From Dehalococcoidia bacterium (GTDB lineage: Bacteria > Chloroflexota > Dehalococcoidia > Dehalococcoidales > JAUYDJ01): a stretch of 64,000 nt of DNA. Positions 47,807 to 56,855 of this stretch are shown piece by piece. Numbering within the stretch: the stretch's first letter is position 1; every line of letters starts with the position of its first letter. The stretch is taken from positions 758,624 to 822,623 of the forward strand of contig CP070693.1 in assembly GCA_020353235.1 (NCBI GenBank), in the 5' to 3' direction. The notes beneath the pieces were generated by a model. That model worked only from the letters and a program-made list of their open reading frames with translations, had not been told where the DNA came from and made no database searches. The position numbers and the translations under genes are program-made.

Positions 47807-48679
47807 TTAAATCTCAAGCCAGGAATGGGAATAGACCGTTTCCCCAATTAGCACCCTGACCGTCTTCACATAGGCTACTTCTTCTTCACTTAGCGCCGAG
47901 AGGTCGAGCTTTTCACCATCCATCACCCGGTAGACCAAGTCAACAATCCCTGGTTTCTGGCCACGGGCGATCAAGATAAGCTCCGGGTCAAAGGCATCAA
48001 CTATCGCCGAGGTAAGACCATACCTCATCAGCATTATCAAATAGGCCCGATTAAGATGGGGCCTGAGGTGGGTCGGGGTGCCATTGGAGACATTAGACAG
48101 ACCCACCGTTGACTTACACCCCGGCGCCAACTCCCCCAGCATACTCATGAACTCCAAGCAGGCATTCAGCTGACTCACATCTACCGATACCGGGCCGGCA
48201 ATCGGGTCAATCCAGATATCCTCATTGGCAACACCGACTTCATTAGCCTTGTAGATAAGCTCGGCGGCAATCATGCCCCTTTCGTTGGCATCCCGGGGCA
48301 TCCCCTCCTCCCCCCACAGCAGACCAATCATGGCTGCCTTATAATTCTTGACCAGGGGCAGCCCCACGGCTAATCGGGCCGGGGAGATAGAATTTATCAG
48401 CGCCTTGCCCTGATGCATTTTTAATCCCGCTTCCATCGCCACCAGGTTGGTCGTATCCAGTGACAGGGGCTTATCGGTCACCGCCTGCACCGTTTTGACC
48501 GCCCAGGCCATCAGTTCATCCCCGCCCTTACGGGCTGGGCCGATATTAATATCAATCAGGTCAACACCGGCGGCGACCTCAGCCTTGACCAAATCCTGTA
48601 TCGGCTTGGGCTCCCGCCCTTTCAGGGCCGAGCTGATATTTTGCGACATGATATTTAAATTTTCGCCAATGAGAATCAT
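47807..48679 (-). CDS. acsE: methyltetrahydrofolate:corrinoid/iron-sulfur protein methyltransferase
   Basis: 290 aa pterin-binding TIM barrel. ILIGENLN...DLIDINIGPA...LSLDTTN closely parallels AcsE/MeTr. Confidence 0.85.
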   Translation of the reverse strand: MILIGENLNIMSQNISSALKGREPKPIQDLVKAEVAAGVDLIDINIGPARKGGDELMAWAVKTVQAVTDKPLSLDTTNLVAMEAGLKMHQGKALINSISPARLAVGLPLVKNYKAAMIGLLWGEEGMPRDANERGMIAAELIYKANEVGVANEDIWIDPIAGPVSVDVSQLNACLEFMSMLGELAPGCKSTVGLSNVSNGTPTHLRPHLNRAYLIMLMRYGLTSAIVDAFDPELILIARGQKPGIVDLVYRVMDGEKLDLSALSEEEVAYVKTVRVLIGETVYSHSWLEI

Positions 48680-48688
48680 GCTAGCTCC

Positions 48689-50035
48689 CTATGGATGCCA
48701 CTGCTTGAGATAGGCAGGAATGTTGACCGCCTCGCGGGGGCCAACCAGAACCTCCCAGCCGGGCAGTTCTTCCTCCAGGCTACCGCTTTCGGCAGCCACC
48801 AGACCGGGGATGATTAGCTTGCGGTGCTTAATCTGCTCTTCAATGCCACTCTTTTTGACAAAGGGGGCAATGGTATCGGCGACAAACTTGCCGGCGGCCC
48901 ACGCCGTGACCACGGAAAGCCCACCCGTGCTTTTGACCAGAAGATAGCTGGACACACGGCTGTTCTCTATCTCCGCCGAGACGATAAAGTAGGTCAGCGA
49001 GAAGTTAGTGGTAACCAGTACCGGTGAATTCTCGGTGGGGGCGCCAATCTTATAGATTCCCTCGGTGGTAGACAGCGGCCGCTGCGGGTCGGTATAGACA
49101 TTCATCCTCTCCACCAGTAAGGGGAAAAGGCTCTCCCCGTAAAAATCGGACAGGACAATAATGCCGGCATACTTGGCCACCAAGGCTGAGGCAATCACCG
49201 CCTCTTTCATCGGGTCATCAGTCATCTCGGCGGGCAGAACAATGGTGGGGAAACCGAGCGGGCGAAACTTCTTAACTAGCGCCGCCCGGCGGATGACTAC
49301 CTGGTCTTCAAAAGCCTGACGCAGTGTCCTCGCCCCGGAATCGAGAACGATATCTTTTACTCCCACCTCGGTCAGCTTGGTGCTCAGCTCAATAAGCTCG
49401 TCAAGATTAGTAGCTTTAGCAACCACTGGGCAGGAACTCTCCTTGGCTAAATCGGCCACACGGGCTAAGTTTTCTTTAGTGGCGGCATAGAGAAGCGGTT
49501 TCCGGTCAGCGCAGACTTTTAAGCCTGCCGCCAGCACATCGGCATTATCACTCATCAGGATAAGGCTGGCGTCACCGGCCTGGGTTACCTTCTTGATGAC
49601 CGCCTCAAATTTGGCCGCCTCTCCAGAATCATTTTTAGTCGCCACCATCTCCGGGCGCAGGGTAAGCCCCACCCGCTCGTACTGGAGTTTATTCAGTTTC
49701 TCCAGCCGGGCATTGATCTCCGCCTCAACCATGGTATCACTGATGAGAATGGCCAGGCCGGGCGGATTTTCGAATCTCTTCTCATGGCGAAACATCACCG
49801 TTTCGCCACCGAGCTTCACCGCCCTCTCGCCGGTCCCCACCGTTACCACCCTGATCGGCGGGGCAGCCGCCTCCGCCAGCTTGGCTTTCGCCTCCTCAGA
49901 AACAGTGGGGCAGAGTGCCAGCTCCGTCTTGCCCGCCGCCAGCTTCATGGCAAAAGCGAGACAGGTCGGCTCCCCGCACTCCTTGCAGTTCGTTTGGGGA
50001 AGCAGCTTGTAAATCTCTATCCCGGTAAGTGGCAT
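48689..50035 (-). CDS. acsC: corrinoid/iron-sulfur protein large subunit
   Basis: 448 aa. N-terminal 4Fe-4S motif NCKECGEPTCLAFAMKLA, followed by TIM-barrel and B12-binding regions. Confidence 0.85.
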   Translation of the reverse strand: MPLTGIEIYKLLPQTNCKECGEPTCLAFAMKLAAGKTELALCPTVSEEAKAKLAEAAAPPIRVVTVGTGERAVKLGGETVMFRHEKRFENPPGLAILISDTMVEAEINARLEKLNKLQYERVGLTLRPEMVATKNDSGEAAKFEAVIKKVTQAGDASLILMSDNADVLAAGLKVCADRKPLLYAATKENLARVADLAKESSCPVVAKATNLDELIELSTKLTEVGVKDIVLDSGARTLRQAFEDQVVIRRAALVKKFRPLGFPTIVLPAEMTDDPMKEAVIASALVAKYAGIIVLSDFYGESLFPLLVERMNVYTDPQRPLSTTEGIYKIGAPTENSPVLVTTNFSLTYFIVSAEIENSRVSSYLLVKSTGGLSVVTAWAAGKFVADTIAPFVKKSGIEEQIKHRKLIIPGLVAAESGSLEEELPGWEVLVGPREAVNIPAYLKQWHP

Positions 50036-50044
50036 TTTCAGCTC

Positions 50045-52252
50045 CTATTCCAGTATCGGGTCCATACTGAGGGCAGGGTGACCTTTCTTCTGCAGGAAGG
50101 GCAGGATTTCCTCCTCAGTGACGCCAATGGTCTCATCGGCAATCATATCGGGCAGGTCAGAGATGCCTACTTCTTCGGCTCTGGCTTTGAGCCGGTCGGC
50201 AATCTCCTCTTTCAGCATCTTGGGCATCCAGACCACCCGCTTTATACCGCCGTCAGCGCTGATGAACTTGCGCTGGCAGATAGAATACTTGCTGTGGCCG
50301 ACAAAGCCGGGGGTGCTCACCCCACCACCAACAGTGCGGGCGAGAGTGGTAAATTTCATGCCGCAGGGCGTATCCTCTTTATAGCCCCGATTAACAATCA
50401 TTATCCCGTTGCACTGGGGCAGGACCGCCGCCACACACTCGCAGCAGCCGCAGGTAGTCGGCGGGTCGTGCATAATACTATAAAGATTGTAGTGGTCAAT
50501 ATTGCCCCGCGATGCCTTGTTAATGAACGCATTAACCCCCTGCCACTGCCCCAGCTTTTCATCAACCGTAGCTCCCTTTTCCACCGGCTGGTTGGGGCCG
50601 GTGGGGTTAATCTCCGAGGCTGCCTTGCAGTCCATCCAGTTATAAGAGCCACAGAGCCCGGTCCTTTCCGGACTGATGACACAAACGTGGGTCGGGGCAA
50701 AGGACTGGCACAGGGTGCAGGAGTAATAGGTATCAGTCTCTTCATCGCTCATGCCGGAGATGCGGGCATCACGCTCTTTATATACTGCCCTTGCCTTTTG
50801 GGCAATCTCCTCCACCTTATCGGCTTCGGTATAGAGCTTCACCTGCACCTTATCGAATATCTGGCCAAAATCCTGGTGCATCTTGGCGTGGAGCAGGATA
50901 CCGATATGGTTAAGCTTGAAGCCCTTCTCCGCGGCCGCCTTACCGATTCTCAGCCAGGCAATATCGCGCTGACCGATATGCATTACTCCCTGAGCATAGT
51001 TTAAGAGGTGGTGAATCTGCCGCTCTAGGATTGGTTCATTATCGGCCTGCATCTGCCGGCCGGCGAACTCAACCACGATGGCCAGGGGCAAGGTAGCGCC
51101 CTCGGTAACATCAGATATATCGGGGCCAACCACCTCCACTTTGCCATCTTCAACTTCATCCATATCTTTGGTGGTGACCCACTCTACCATCAACGACTTA
51201 CCGCCGCCACACTCTAAATAGACATCCTCTTTGCGGACTCTCTCGCCCTCAAAGGCAGGGCCGAAGGCTACCGGTATTGGCATCTCGGTTACCGTTGTCT
51301 TCAGTCCCCTTACCTCCACCGCCCGGGCGACTATCTTATCGTGGGCGACATTAGAGACAACATGCTCGTAGGTGCAGATGCCGGTGGGTAAAACCTCGGG
51401 TATCGGGGTATCGGCAATAACCGGGAACCCCCAGTTGATTGCCCCGGCGGCATTGGCATACCACTCATCGGTAACATAGCCCAGAGGCAAAGCAAAGGCA
51501 AAAACGCGGTCTTTATTGTAAATCAGGATTTTACGGAAGTCACCCGCCTCAACACCACCGAAAGACATGGCCGCTCTGGTGGCAAAGCCCATGGCAAATA
51601 CAGTAGCGCTGGTGTCCGGCCCAAAGGAAACCAGACGGGTTCCCCAGCCGATCTGCACCCCGGCCTCAACCAGCTGCTCGGCAAATCGCTTGCCGTTATA
51701 TTCACCAGCCATAAAGACGTAAAGGTTGCGCTGCTGGAGTTCCTGGGCAATCTTGGCGGCTATTCCCGGGTTTGGTGCCGCCCCCAATACGGCGGCAAAA
51801 CCGGGCGCGGTGCCGTCAACAAACTCGATGCCCCGCTTTCTCAGGATGACATCATCAGCCGCCCCCAGCCAGATATTGTCCTCGGTGACATCTTCCTGTT
51901 TAGTATAGAAATCAGGCTGTGCCAGATATCCAATCGCCTCAATGAGCTCCTCGGCAAAGAAAGTAGCCATCCCGGCATCAAGGGCCGGGGCGAGATAGGG
52001 CAAGGGGTGCTCCTCTCTTACCGGCGGTGGCAGGATAGACTTGCACTTGGCCAAAACCGTCTCCATGTCCCCCAGTTTTTCTACCTTGAGACCAGTAATA
52101 CCGTAGATTATGGGCAGATAATAGGCAGTACCGGGGAAGCCCACCGGCTCATTGGCGCCCCATTTTTCCATCGCCGCCTGCCACTCCTTCTCGGCCCGGG
52201 TGATGATTTTATGGGCTCCCCTAATCGCGGCTGAAGCAATAATCTTCGACAT
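50045..52252 (-). CDS. acsB: acetyl-CoA synthase (CODH/ACS alpha subunit)
   Basis: 735 aa. The length, the N-terminus 'IIASAAIRGAHKI' and the A-cluster region (CTLCQSFAPTHVCVISPER...CGCCE) are typical of bacterial AcsB. Confidence 0.9.
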   Translation of the reverse strand: MSKIIASAAIRGAHKIITRAEKEWQAAMEKWGANEPVGFPGTAYYLPIIYGITGLKVEKLGDMETVLAKCKSILPPPVREEHPLPYLAPALDAGMATFFAEELIEAIGYLAQPDFYTKQEDVTEDNIWLGAADDVILRKRGIEFVDGTAPGFAAVLGAAPNPGIAAKIAQELQQRNLYVFMAGEYNGKRFAEQLVEAGVQIGWGTRLVSFGPDTSATVFAMGFATRAAMSFGGVEAGDFRKILIYNKDRVFAFALPLGYVTDEWYANAAGAINWGFPVIADTPIPEVLPTGICTYEHVVSNVAHDKIVARAVEVRGLKTTVTEMPIPVAFGPAFEGERVRKEDVYLECGGGKSLMVEWVTTKDMDEVEDGKVEVVGPDISDVTEGATLPLAIVVEFAGRQMQADNEPILERQIHHLLNYAQGVMHIGQRDIAWLRIGKAAAEKGFKLNHIGILLHAKMHQDFGQIFDKVQVKLYTEADKVEEIAQKARAVYKERDARISGMSDEETDTYYSCTLCQSFAPTHVCVISPERTGLCGSYNWMDCKAASEINPTGPNQPVEKGATVDEKLGQWQGVNAFINKASRGNIDHYNLYSIMHDPPTTCGCCECVAAVLPQCNGIMIVNRGYKEDTPCGMKFTTLARTVGGGVSTPGFVGHSKYSICQRKFISADGGIKRVVWMPKMLKEEIADRLKARAEEVGISDLPDMIADETIGVTEEEILPFLQKKGHPALSMDPILE

Positions 52253-52289
52253 ATCTAATCTACTCCCCCATTTTGGTTAACTCTGGAGC

Positions 52290-54254
52290 CTAAGCTCCGG
52301 CCAGTTCGCGTCTCATCTCCATATCGTAGAGAACTCTCTCTCGTGCCTTATCAATGCCCAGCGCCTTGCGCTTCTTATCAATATGCTCAATCATAAGGTG
52401 GGCGGCACGAATCGGATCAGGCTCAAAAGCCCACTTGCCACCGTACGCTTCTTCAAAGTCTTTAAACAGGAAATCGGTCACCTCTTTGCTGCCCAGAGTC
52501 GGCCAGTTGACCCCGAATACAGTAAAGACACCGGAGGCAACAAAGTACTGACCAATAGAAATTGCCTTCTCACTCATCCACTCCGGGGCCGCCCCGGCTA
52601 CGGGCAGGTCGCTGATGTCGTCACCTAGGCCGCCATCCTTGACCATGGCCGTAGCTGCAATCAGGATGCGGCTATTATCAACACAGGCACCCATATGCAA
52701 CACCGGTGGGATGCCCACCGTCTCACACACCGAAGCCAGTCCCTCACCGGCATACTGGGCAGCTTCGGGAACCATCAAACCGGCTTTGGCACAGGCCATA
52801 GCACTGCAACCGGTCTGGATGACCAGAACATCATGCTTAATCAGCTCCTTGACCATGGCTACGTGAACATCATCGTGCTTGACCCGCGGATTATTACAGC
52901 CAACCACCCCAGCCACCCCTCTAATCCGGCCATTGATAATATTGTCATTCAGGGGGCGGTAAGAGGCACGATATAGCCCGCCCAGCAGGTAGTTGATTGT
53001 CTCGTGGCTAAAGCCGGCAATGAGGTCGGCCTTCTCCGTGGGAATGTGGATATTCTTGCCCCGATTGGGGAAGTTATCAATGGCTGCCTTGACGATTGCC
53101 TTAGCTGTCTCCACGGCATTAAGGTCATCAAAATCCATATGAGTGGCGCCCTCTATTTTAGCGCGGGGGTCGGTGGTGATAACCTTGGTATGGTAGCACT
53201 GGGCGACATCAGCTAGCCCCTGCATAATGCACTGGACATCAACCACGATTGCCTCCAGCGCCCCGGTAACTATAGCCAGCTCCTGCTGCAGGAAATTACC
53301 GGCAATGGGCACGCCGTGACGCATTAATACCTCATTGGCGGTACAGCACATACCGGCCAGATTTATTCCCTTCGCCCCCTTGGACTTGGCGTATTCAATC
53401 ATCTCCGGGTCCTGAGATACTACTGCCAGCATCTCAGCCAGCTGCGGTTCATGGCCATGGACAATAAGGTTGACCTCATCCTCTTTCAGCACCCCCAGGT
53501 TTATCTGGCCCAATACCGGGGCCGGTGTGCCAAAAAGAACATCCTGCAGGTCGGTAGCAATCATGCTACCGCCCCAGCCATCGGACAAGGCCGTCCTTGA
53601 ACCCTGCTTGATCAAGTCCTGATAGTCCTGGTCCGTCCCCATATGGGTGCGGTGCATTATCTCCACGACTTCTCTATCTATGCCTCTAGGGGCAACACCC
53701 AACTTCCGCCATAGCTCCTGACGCTTTAGCGGCGCCCGCTTCAGGAAGAGCAACTCACCCTCTTGCCTGCCGAACTCTTTCATCAGGATTTCGCCAACAT
53801 CGACGGCTATTTCCTGATTGGTGCGCTCACCGATATCAATGCCGAGTTCCAGAGCCAGCTGAAGTAATTTCTGCTCATCCTTAATTTCATAGCCGGCGGC
53901 TTCACTCTTGGCTACTGCGAGAAAGGCTTCCGCCACCCGCCGGCCGTGGTCACTGTGGGCGGCGGCACCAGCGGCAATCATGCGGGCGAAGTTGCGGGCG
54001 GCAATGGTCTCAGCGGTGGCGCCACAGACGCCAATCCGGAATCGCCTCTCTTCAGGCGTTTCCATGCCGCCGGCGGGCAGAGATACCCGGCATGGTCCCA
54101 TACTGCAGTGCTTGCAGCAACTACCCACCATGCCCACCGGGCAGGGTTGTATTACTTCTGCCCTGTCAAAAGCAGTATAAACCTTCTCTTTTTCCGCTTT
54201 TTCCAGCATCTTAATCGTCGCGATATCAATGCTCCTGCCTTTTGCTTTTGCCAT
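52290..54254 (-). CDS. acsA: anaerobic Ni-CO dehydrogenase catalytic subunit
   Basis: Cys-rich N-terminus (CPVGMVGSCCKHCSMGPCR) and C-cluster region, typical of CooS/AcsA. I chose the ATG at 54254 (GGAGGAG SD 7 nt upstream); the ORF-track start at 54287 is also possible. Confidence 0.9.
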   Translation of the reverse strand: MAKAKGRSIDIATIKMLEKAEKEKVYTAFDRAEVIQPCPVGMVGSCCKHCSMGPCRVSLPAGGMETPEERRFRIGVCGATAETIAARNFARMIAAGAAAHSDHGRRVAEAFLAVAKSEAAGYEIKDEQKLLQLALELGIDIGERTNQEIAVDVGEILMKEFGRQEGELLFLKRAPLKRQELWRKLGVAPRGIDREVVEIMHRTHMGTDQDYQDLIKQGSRTALSDGWGGSMIATDLQDVLFGTPAPVLGQINLGVLKEDEVNLIVHGHEPQLAEMLAVVSQDPEMIEYAKSKGAKGINLAGMCCTANEVLMRHGVPIAGNFLQQELAIVTGALEAIVVDVQCIMQGLADVAQCYHTKVITTDPRAKIEGATHMDFDDLNAVETAKAIVKAAIDNFPNRGKNIHIPTEKADLIAGFSHETINYLLGGLYRASYRPLNDNIINGRIRGVAGVVGCNNPRVKHDDVHVAMVKELIKHDVLVIQTGCSAMACAKAGLMVPEAAQYAGEGLASVCETVGIPPVLHMGACVDNSRILIAATAMVKDGGLGDDISDLPVAGAAPEWMSEKAISIGQYFVASGVFTVFGVNWPTLGSKEVTDFLFKDFEEAYGGKWAFEPDPIRAAHLMIEHIDKKRKALGIDKARERVLYDMEMRRELAGA

Positions 54255-54296
54255 TCTGTTACTCCTCCACTCTTTGGTTTTTGCCATATTAATTAA

Positions 54297-54671
54297 TCAC
54301 TGGCAACGCGGGCAAAGTCCGCGAAACTCCAAGATATGATAAGAGACCTTAAAGCCAGTTTTAGCGATAAGCCTCTGATTTAGCTCATTTTGCACCGGCT
54401 GGTCAACATCAAAAACATGTCCGCATTTTTCACAGCGGAAGTGATAGTGGCCCGGCACCCGGCCATCAAATCGGCTCAACGCGCCAGCCAGAGCCAGCTC
54501 TGAGATTTTTCCCTCCCATTTCAGCAATTTAAGGTTACGGTAGACCGTCCCCAGACTGATGTTGGGTATCTCTTTTCTTACCTGCTCGTAGACCCATAAT
54601 GCCGTAGGGTGGGAGTCTGTTTCCCTAACCACCCTAAGGATAGAGTCTTTTTGTTTCGTTTTCCTAGGCAC
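54297..54671 (-). CDS. Fur-family metalloregulator embedded in the CODH/ACS cluster
   Basis: 124 aa. Winged helix (ISLGTVYRNLKLL), HYHFRCEKCG and a C-terminal CPRC. It lies 9 nt upstream of the acsA ORF. Confidence 0.8.
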   Translation of the reverse strand: MPRKTKQKDSILRVVRETDSHPTALWVYEQVRKEIPNISLGTVYRNLKLLKWEGKISELALAGALSRFDGRVPGHYHFRCEKCGHVFDVDQPVQNELNQRLIAKTGFKVSYHILEFRGLCPRCQ

Positions 54672-54690
54672 GATGCTCGCTTAATCCCAT

Positions 54691-54743
54691 CTATTATAAA
54701 TAGTAACAATAACTATTATTCTTTCTCTTAATTAATTTGTCAA
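54691..54743 (-). promoter_or_regulatory. internal promoter plus AT-rich palindromic operator upstream of fur-acsA
   Basis: On the minus strand: TTGACA (54738..54743), 17 nt, AATAAT (54715..54720). The inverted repeat AATAGT-N7-ACTATT (54699..54717) overlaps the -10 element. A second repeat, CTATT-ATA-AATAG, lies at 54691..54703. Confidence 0.5.
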
Positions 54744-54746
54744 GTT

Positions 54747-55706
54747 TTATTTCCCGCTCTTGGCGGCGGTCAACTCGGTAATCATTTCCCGAATCAGTCT
54801 TATCGCTTCCGGGTGTCTCATGACGAGTATATCGGCCCCGGCCAGCAGTAAGACCATGGCTGAAATCGCCTCCAGCAGGATGCCCCTCTTTTTGGCATTG
54901 CCGAGGGCGGGCTCCTCCCCTTCTGGAATTTTGGTCTCTTTAGTCTTCCATACCTCTTTGCTGATGTTACAGATAATGGGGAACTGGAGCTTTTCATCCT
55001 GCTGGGTTAAGGCAGCCACCCTTACTCTTTCCATTACCGAGTAACAGTACTCAATACCATAGCCGAGGCTGCTAGTAGTCGGGTCAACGACCAATTTGTC
55101 ATCGGCAACGCCAAGATTACCTAGCAGGATATTGAGCTGCTTGGCCAGGTTAACATCTATCGGCGTCGACGCAATCACGGTGTGCTGATAACCAATGGCC
55201 GCGGCACCAATCTTCTTATAGTCCCCGTCTTCCACCGGCCCGATAATCAGGTCCCTGCCCTGGCAGACCTCAGCTACTTTGCCCAGCACCTCAGTGTCCT
55301 TATCGTGATTGGCCGTTGCCCAGACGATCAGGGGCACATCAACCGCATCAGCCACCTTCTTGACCACCTCAGCCGATTCATCAGCCCCGCGATTCAGGCC
55401 GTTGGGGTCGGTACCGACCATCTGCAGGCAGAGCATCTCCGCCCCGTACTCATTAACGCACTTCTTGGCCCAGGCAACCGGGTCGTCGGTCACGCCGGCA
55501 AAGGGCTCTAAAGCCGCTTCGGGCCAGTCCTCCGGTTTGGTGTCCCATATTTCCATGGCAATCCGGGGCGGGTTGGGCATCTCACCTTCAAAGAGATGAA
55601 AGGGGTAAGCATTCTGCCCGCCCACGGTAATGCTTTTATCGCCCTTGCCTAGCTTTATCTGCTTAATCAGGCCGCTATATGATATCTTAGGAACTTCAAA
55701 GGTCAT
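54747..55706 (-). CDS. acsD: corrinoid/iron-sulfur protein small subunit
   Basis: 319 aa TIM-barrel protein. The N-terminus 'YSGLIKQIKLGKG...ITVGGQNAYPFH' is typical of AcsD/CdhD. Confidence 0.85.
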   Translation of the reverse strand: MTFEVPKISYSGLIKQIKLGKGDKSITVGGQNAYPFHLFEGEMPNPPRIAMEIWDTKPEDWPEAALEPFAGVTDDPVAWAKKCVNEYGAEMLCLQMVGTDPNGLNRGADESAEVVKKVADAVDVPLIVWATANHDKDTEVLGKVAEVCQGRDLIIGPVEDGDYKKIGAAAIGYQHTVIASTPIDVNLAKQLNILLGNLGVADDKLVVDPTTSSLGYGIEYCYSVMERVRVAALTQQDEKLQFPIICNISKEVWKTKETKIPEGEEPALGNAKKRGILLEAISAMVLLLAGADILVMRHPEAIRLIREMITELTAAKSGK

Positions 55707-55718
55707 TTTTACCTGCCT

Positions 55719-55937
55719 CTAAGCTGGATTCTTTCTCTTTTCACTGCCATACCATTCTTTGCCGTACCAGTATCTCTCACCGGTCTGCAGATACTTCAGC
55801 TTCTCCTGCCGGCTGTCCAGCTTCTGGCGCCAGCGCCCGGCGTCTTTGTCCTCGGGCTTGCCCTTCTCAAAGGTCTTGCCCAGCACCTCTACCTCGGGAC
55901 GTCCCGGCGCTTTCTTTTTCTCAATCTGATACTCCAT
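55719..55937 (-). CDS. small highly charged W/Y-rich hypothetical protein
   Basis: 72 aa from the ATG at 55937 (AAGGAG SD 6 nt upstream). It has no Cys. It is packed between folD (14-nt gap) and acsD (12-nt gap). Confidence 0.5.
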   Translation of the reverse strand: MEYQIEKKKAPGRPEVEVLGKTFEKGKPEDKDAGRWRQKLDSRQEKLKYLQTGERYWYGKEWYGSEKRKNPA

Positions 55938-55951
55938 CCCCATCTCCTTTC

Positions 55952-56851
55952 CTAGGCTAGACCAGCGGCTAGCTTGGCTGCCTTTACCGTATTCATCATC
56001 AGCATGGCGATTGTCATTGGTCCCACCCCGCCCGGCACCGGGGTAATCGCCTTCGCTTTCTCCTTGACGGCTTCAAAATCAACATCCCCCACCAGGATAT
56101 CCTTGCCCTCGGCGGTCTTGCCGATGCGGTTGGTGCCGACGTCAATCACCACCACCCCATTCTTGACCATATCGGCGGTGACGAGTTTGGGCTTGCCCAC
56201 GGCAACAATCAGTATATCCGCCCGCTTGGTATGGACTGAGATATCTTTGGTCAGGATATGGCACAGGGTGACCGTACCGCCAAAGCCCTCTTTTTCCAGA
56301 GACAGCAGCGCAGCCACCGGTCGGCCCACGATATTACTGGCTCCGACCACCACCACCTCCGCCCCTTTGATATTAACTCCAGACCGGATTAAGAGCTGAT
56401 AGATACCGTGCGGGGTGCAGGGCAAAAAATCGGGCTCGCCAATCATCAGCTTGCCTACATTCACCGGGTGGAAGGCGTCAACATCCTTTCCGGGGTCAAT
56501 AAGATAGAGAACCTTGGTGCTGTTGATATGCTCGGGCAGGGGCAGCTGGACCAGAATCCCATGAATCTTGGGGTCTTTGTTCAGCTTATCAACCAGCGCC
56601 AGCAGTTCCGCCTCATTGGTATCCGCCGGCAGGTCGTGCCTCTCCGAGTAGATACCCAAGGCTTGTGATGTCTTCTCCTTCTGCCCGACATAAATCTGCG
56701 ATGCCGGGTTTTCCCCGACCAGCACCGTGGCCAGGCCCGGTACCAGGTTATGCTTCGCCTTAAGCGCAGCGATTTCCTGCGTCAGCTCCTCTTTAATTTC
56801 GCTAGCAATATCCCGGCCACTGATAATCTGAGCCGTCATTTTTACCCCCAT
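55952..56851 (-). CDS. folD: bifunctional methylene-THF dehydrogenase / methenyl-THF cyclohydrolase
   Basis: About 295-299 aa. Motifs LVGENPASQIYV, ILVQLPLP, VVVGASNIVGRP and TPVPGGVGPMT. An alternative ATG start lies at 56839. Confidence 0.95.
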   Translation of the reverse strand: MGVKMTAQIISGRDIASEIKEELTQEIAALKAKHNLVPGLATVLVGENPASQIYVGQKEKTSQALGIYSERHDLPADTNEAELLALVDKLNKDPKIHGILVQLPLPEHINSTKVLYLIDPGKDVDAFHPVNVGKLMIGEPDFLPCTPHGIYQLLIRSGVNIKGAEVVVVGASNIVGRPVAALLSLEKEGFGGTVTLCHILTKDISVHTKRADILIVAVGKPKLVTADMVKNGVVVIDVGTNRIGKTAEGKDILVGDVDFEAVKEKAKAITPVPGGVGPMTIAMLMMNTVKAAKLAAGLA

Positions 56852-56855
56852 TAAA

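Noticed and set aside
49784-51004. 406-aa plus-strand ORF spanning the acsC/acsB junction
   Set aside because: It is antisense to two strongly supported genes and crosses their intergenic gap. The composition is low-complexity and Arg/Gly/His/Leu-rich, as expected for the reverse frame of GC-rich coding DNA. It has no SD and no recognisable motif.
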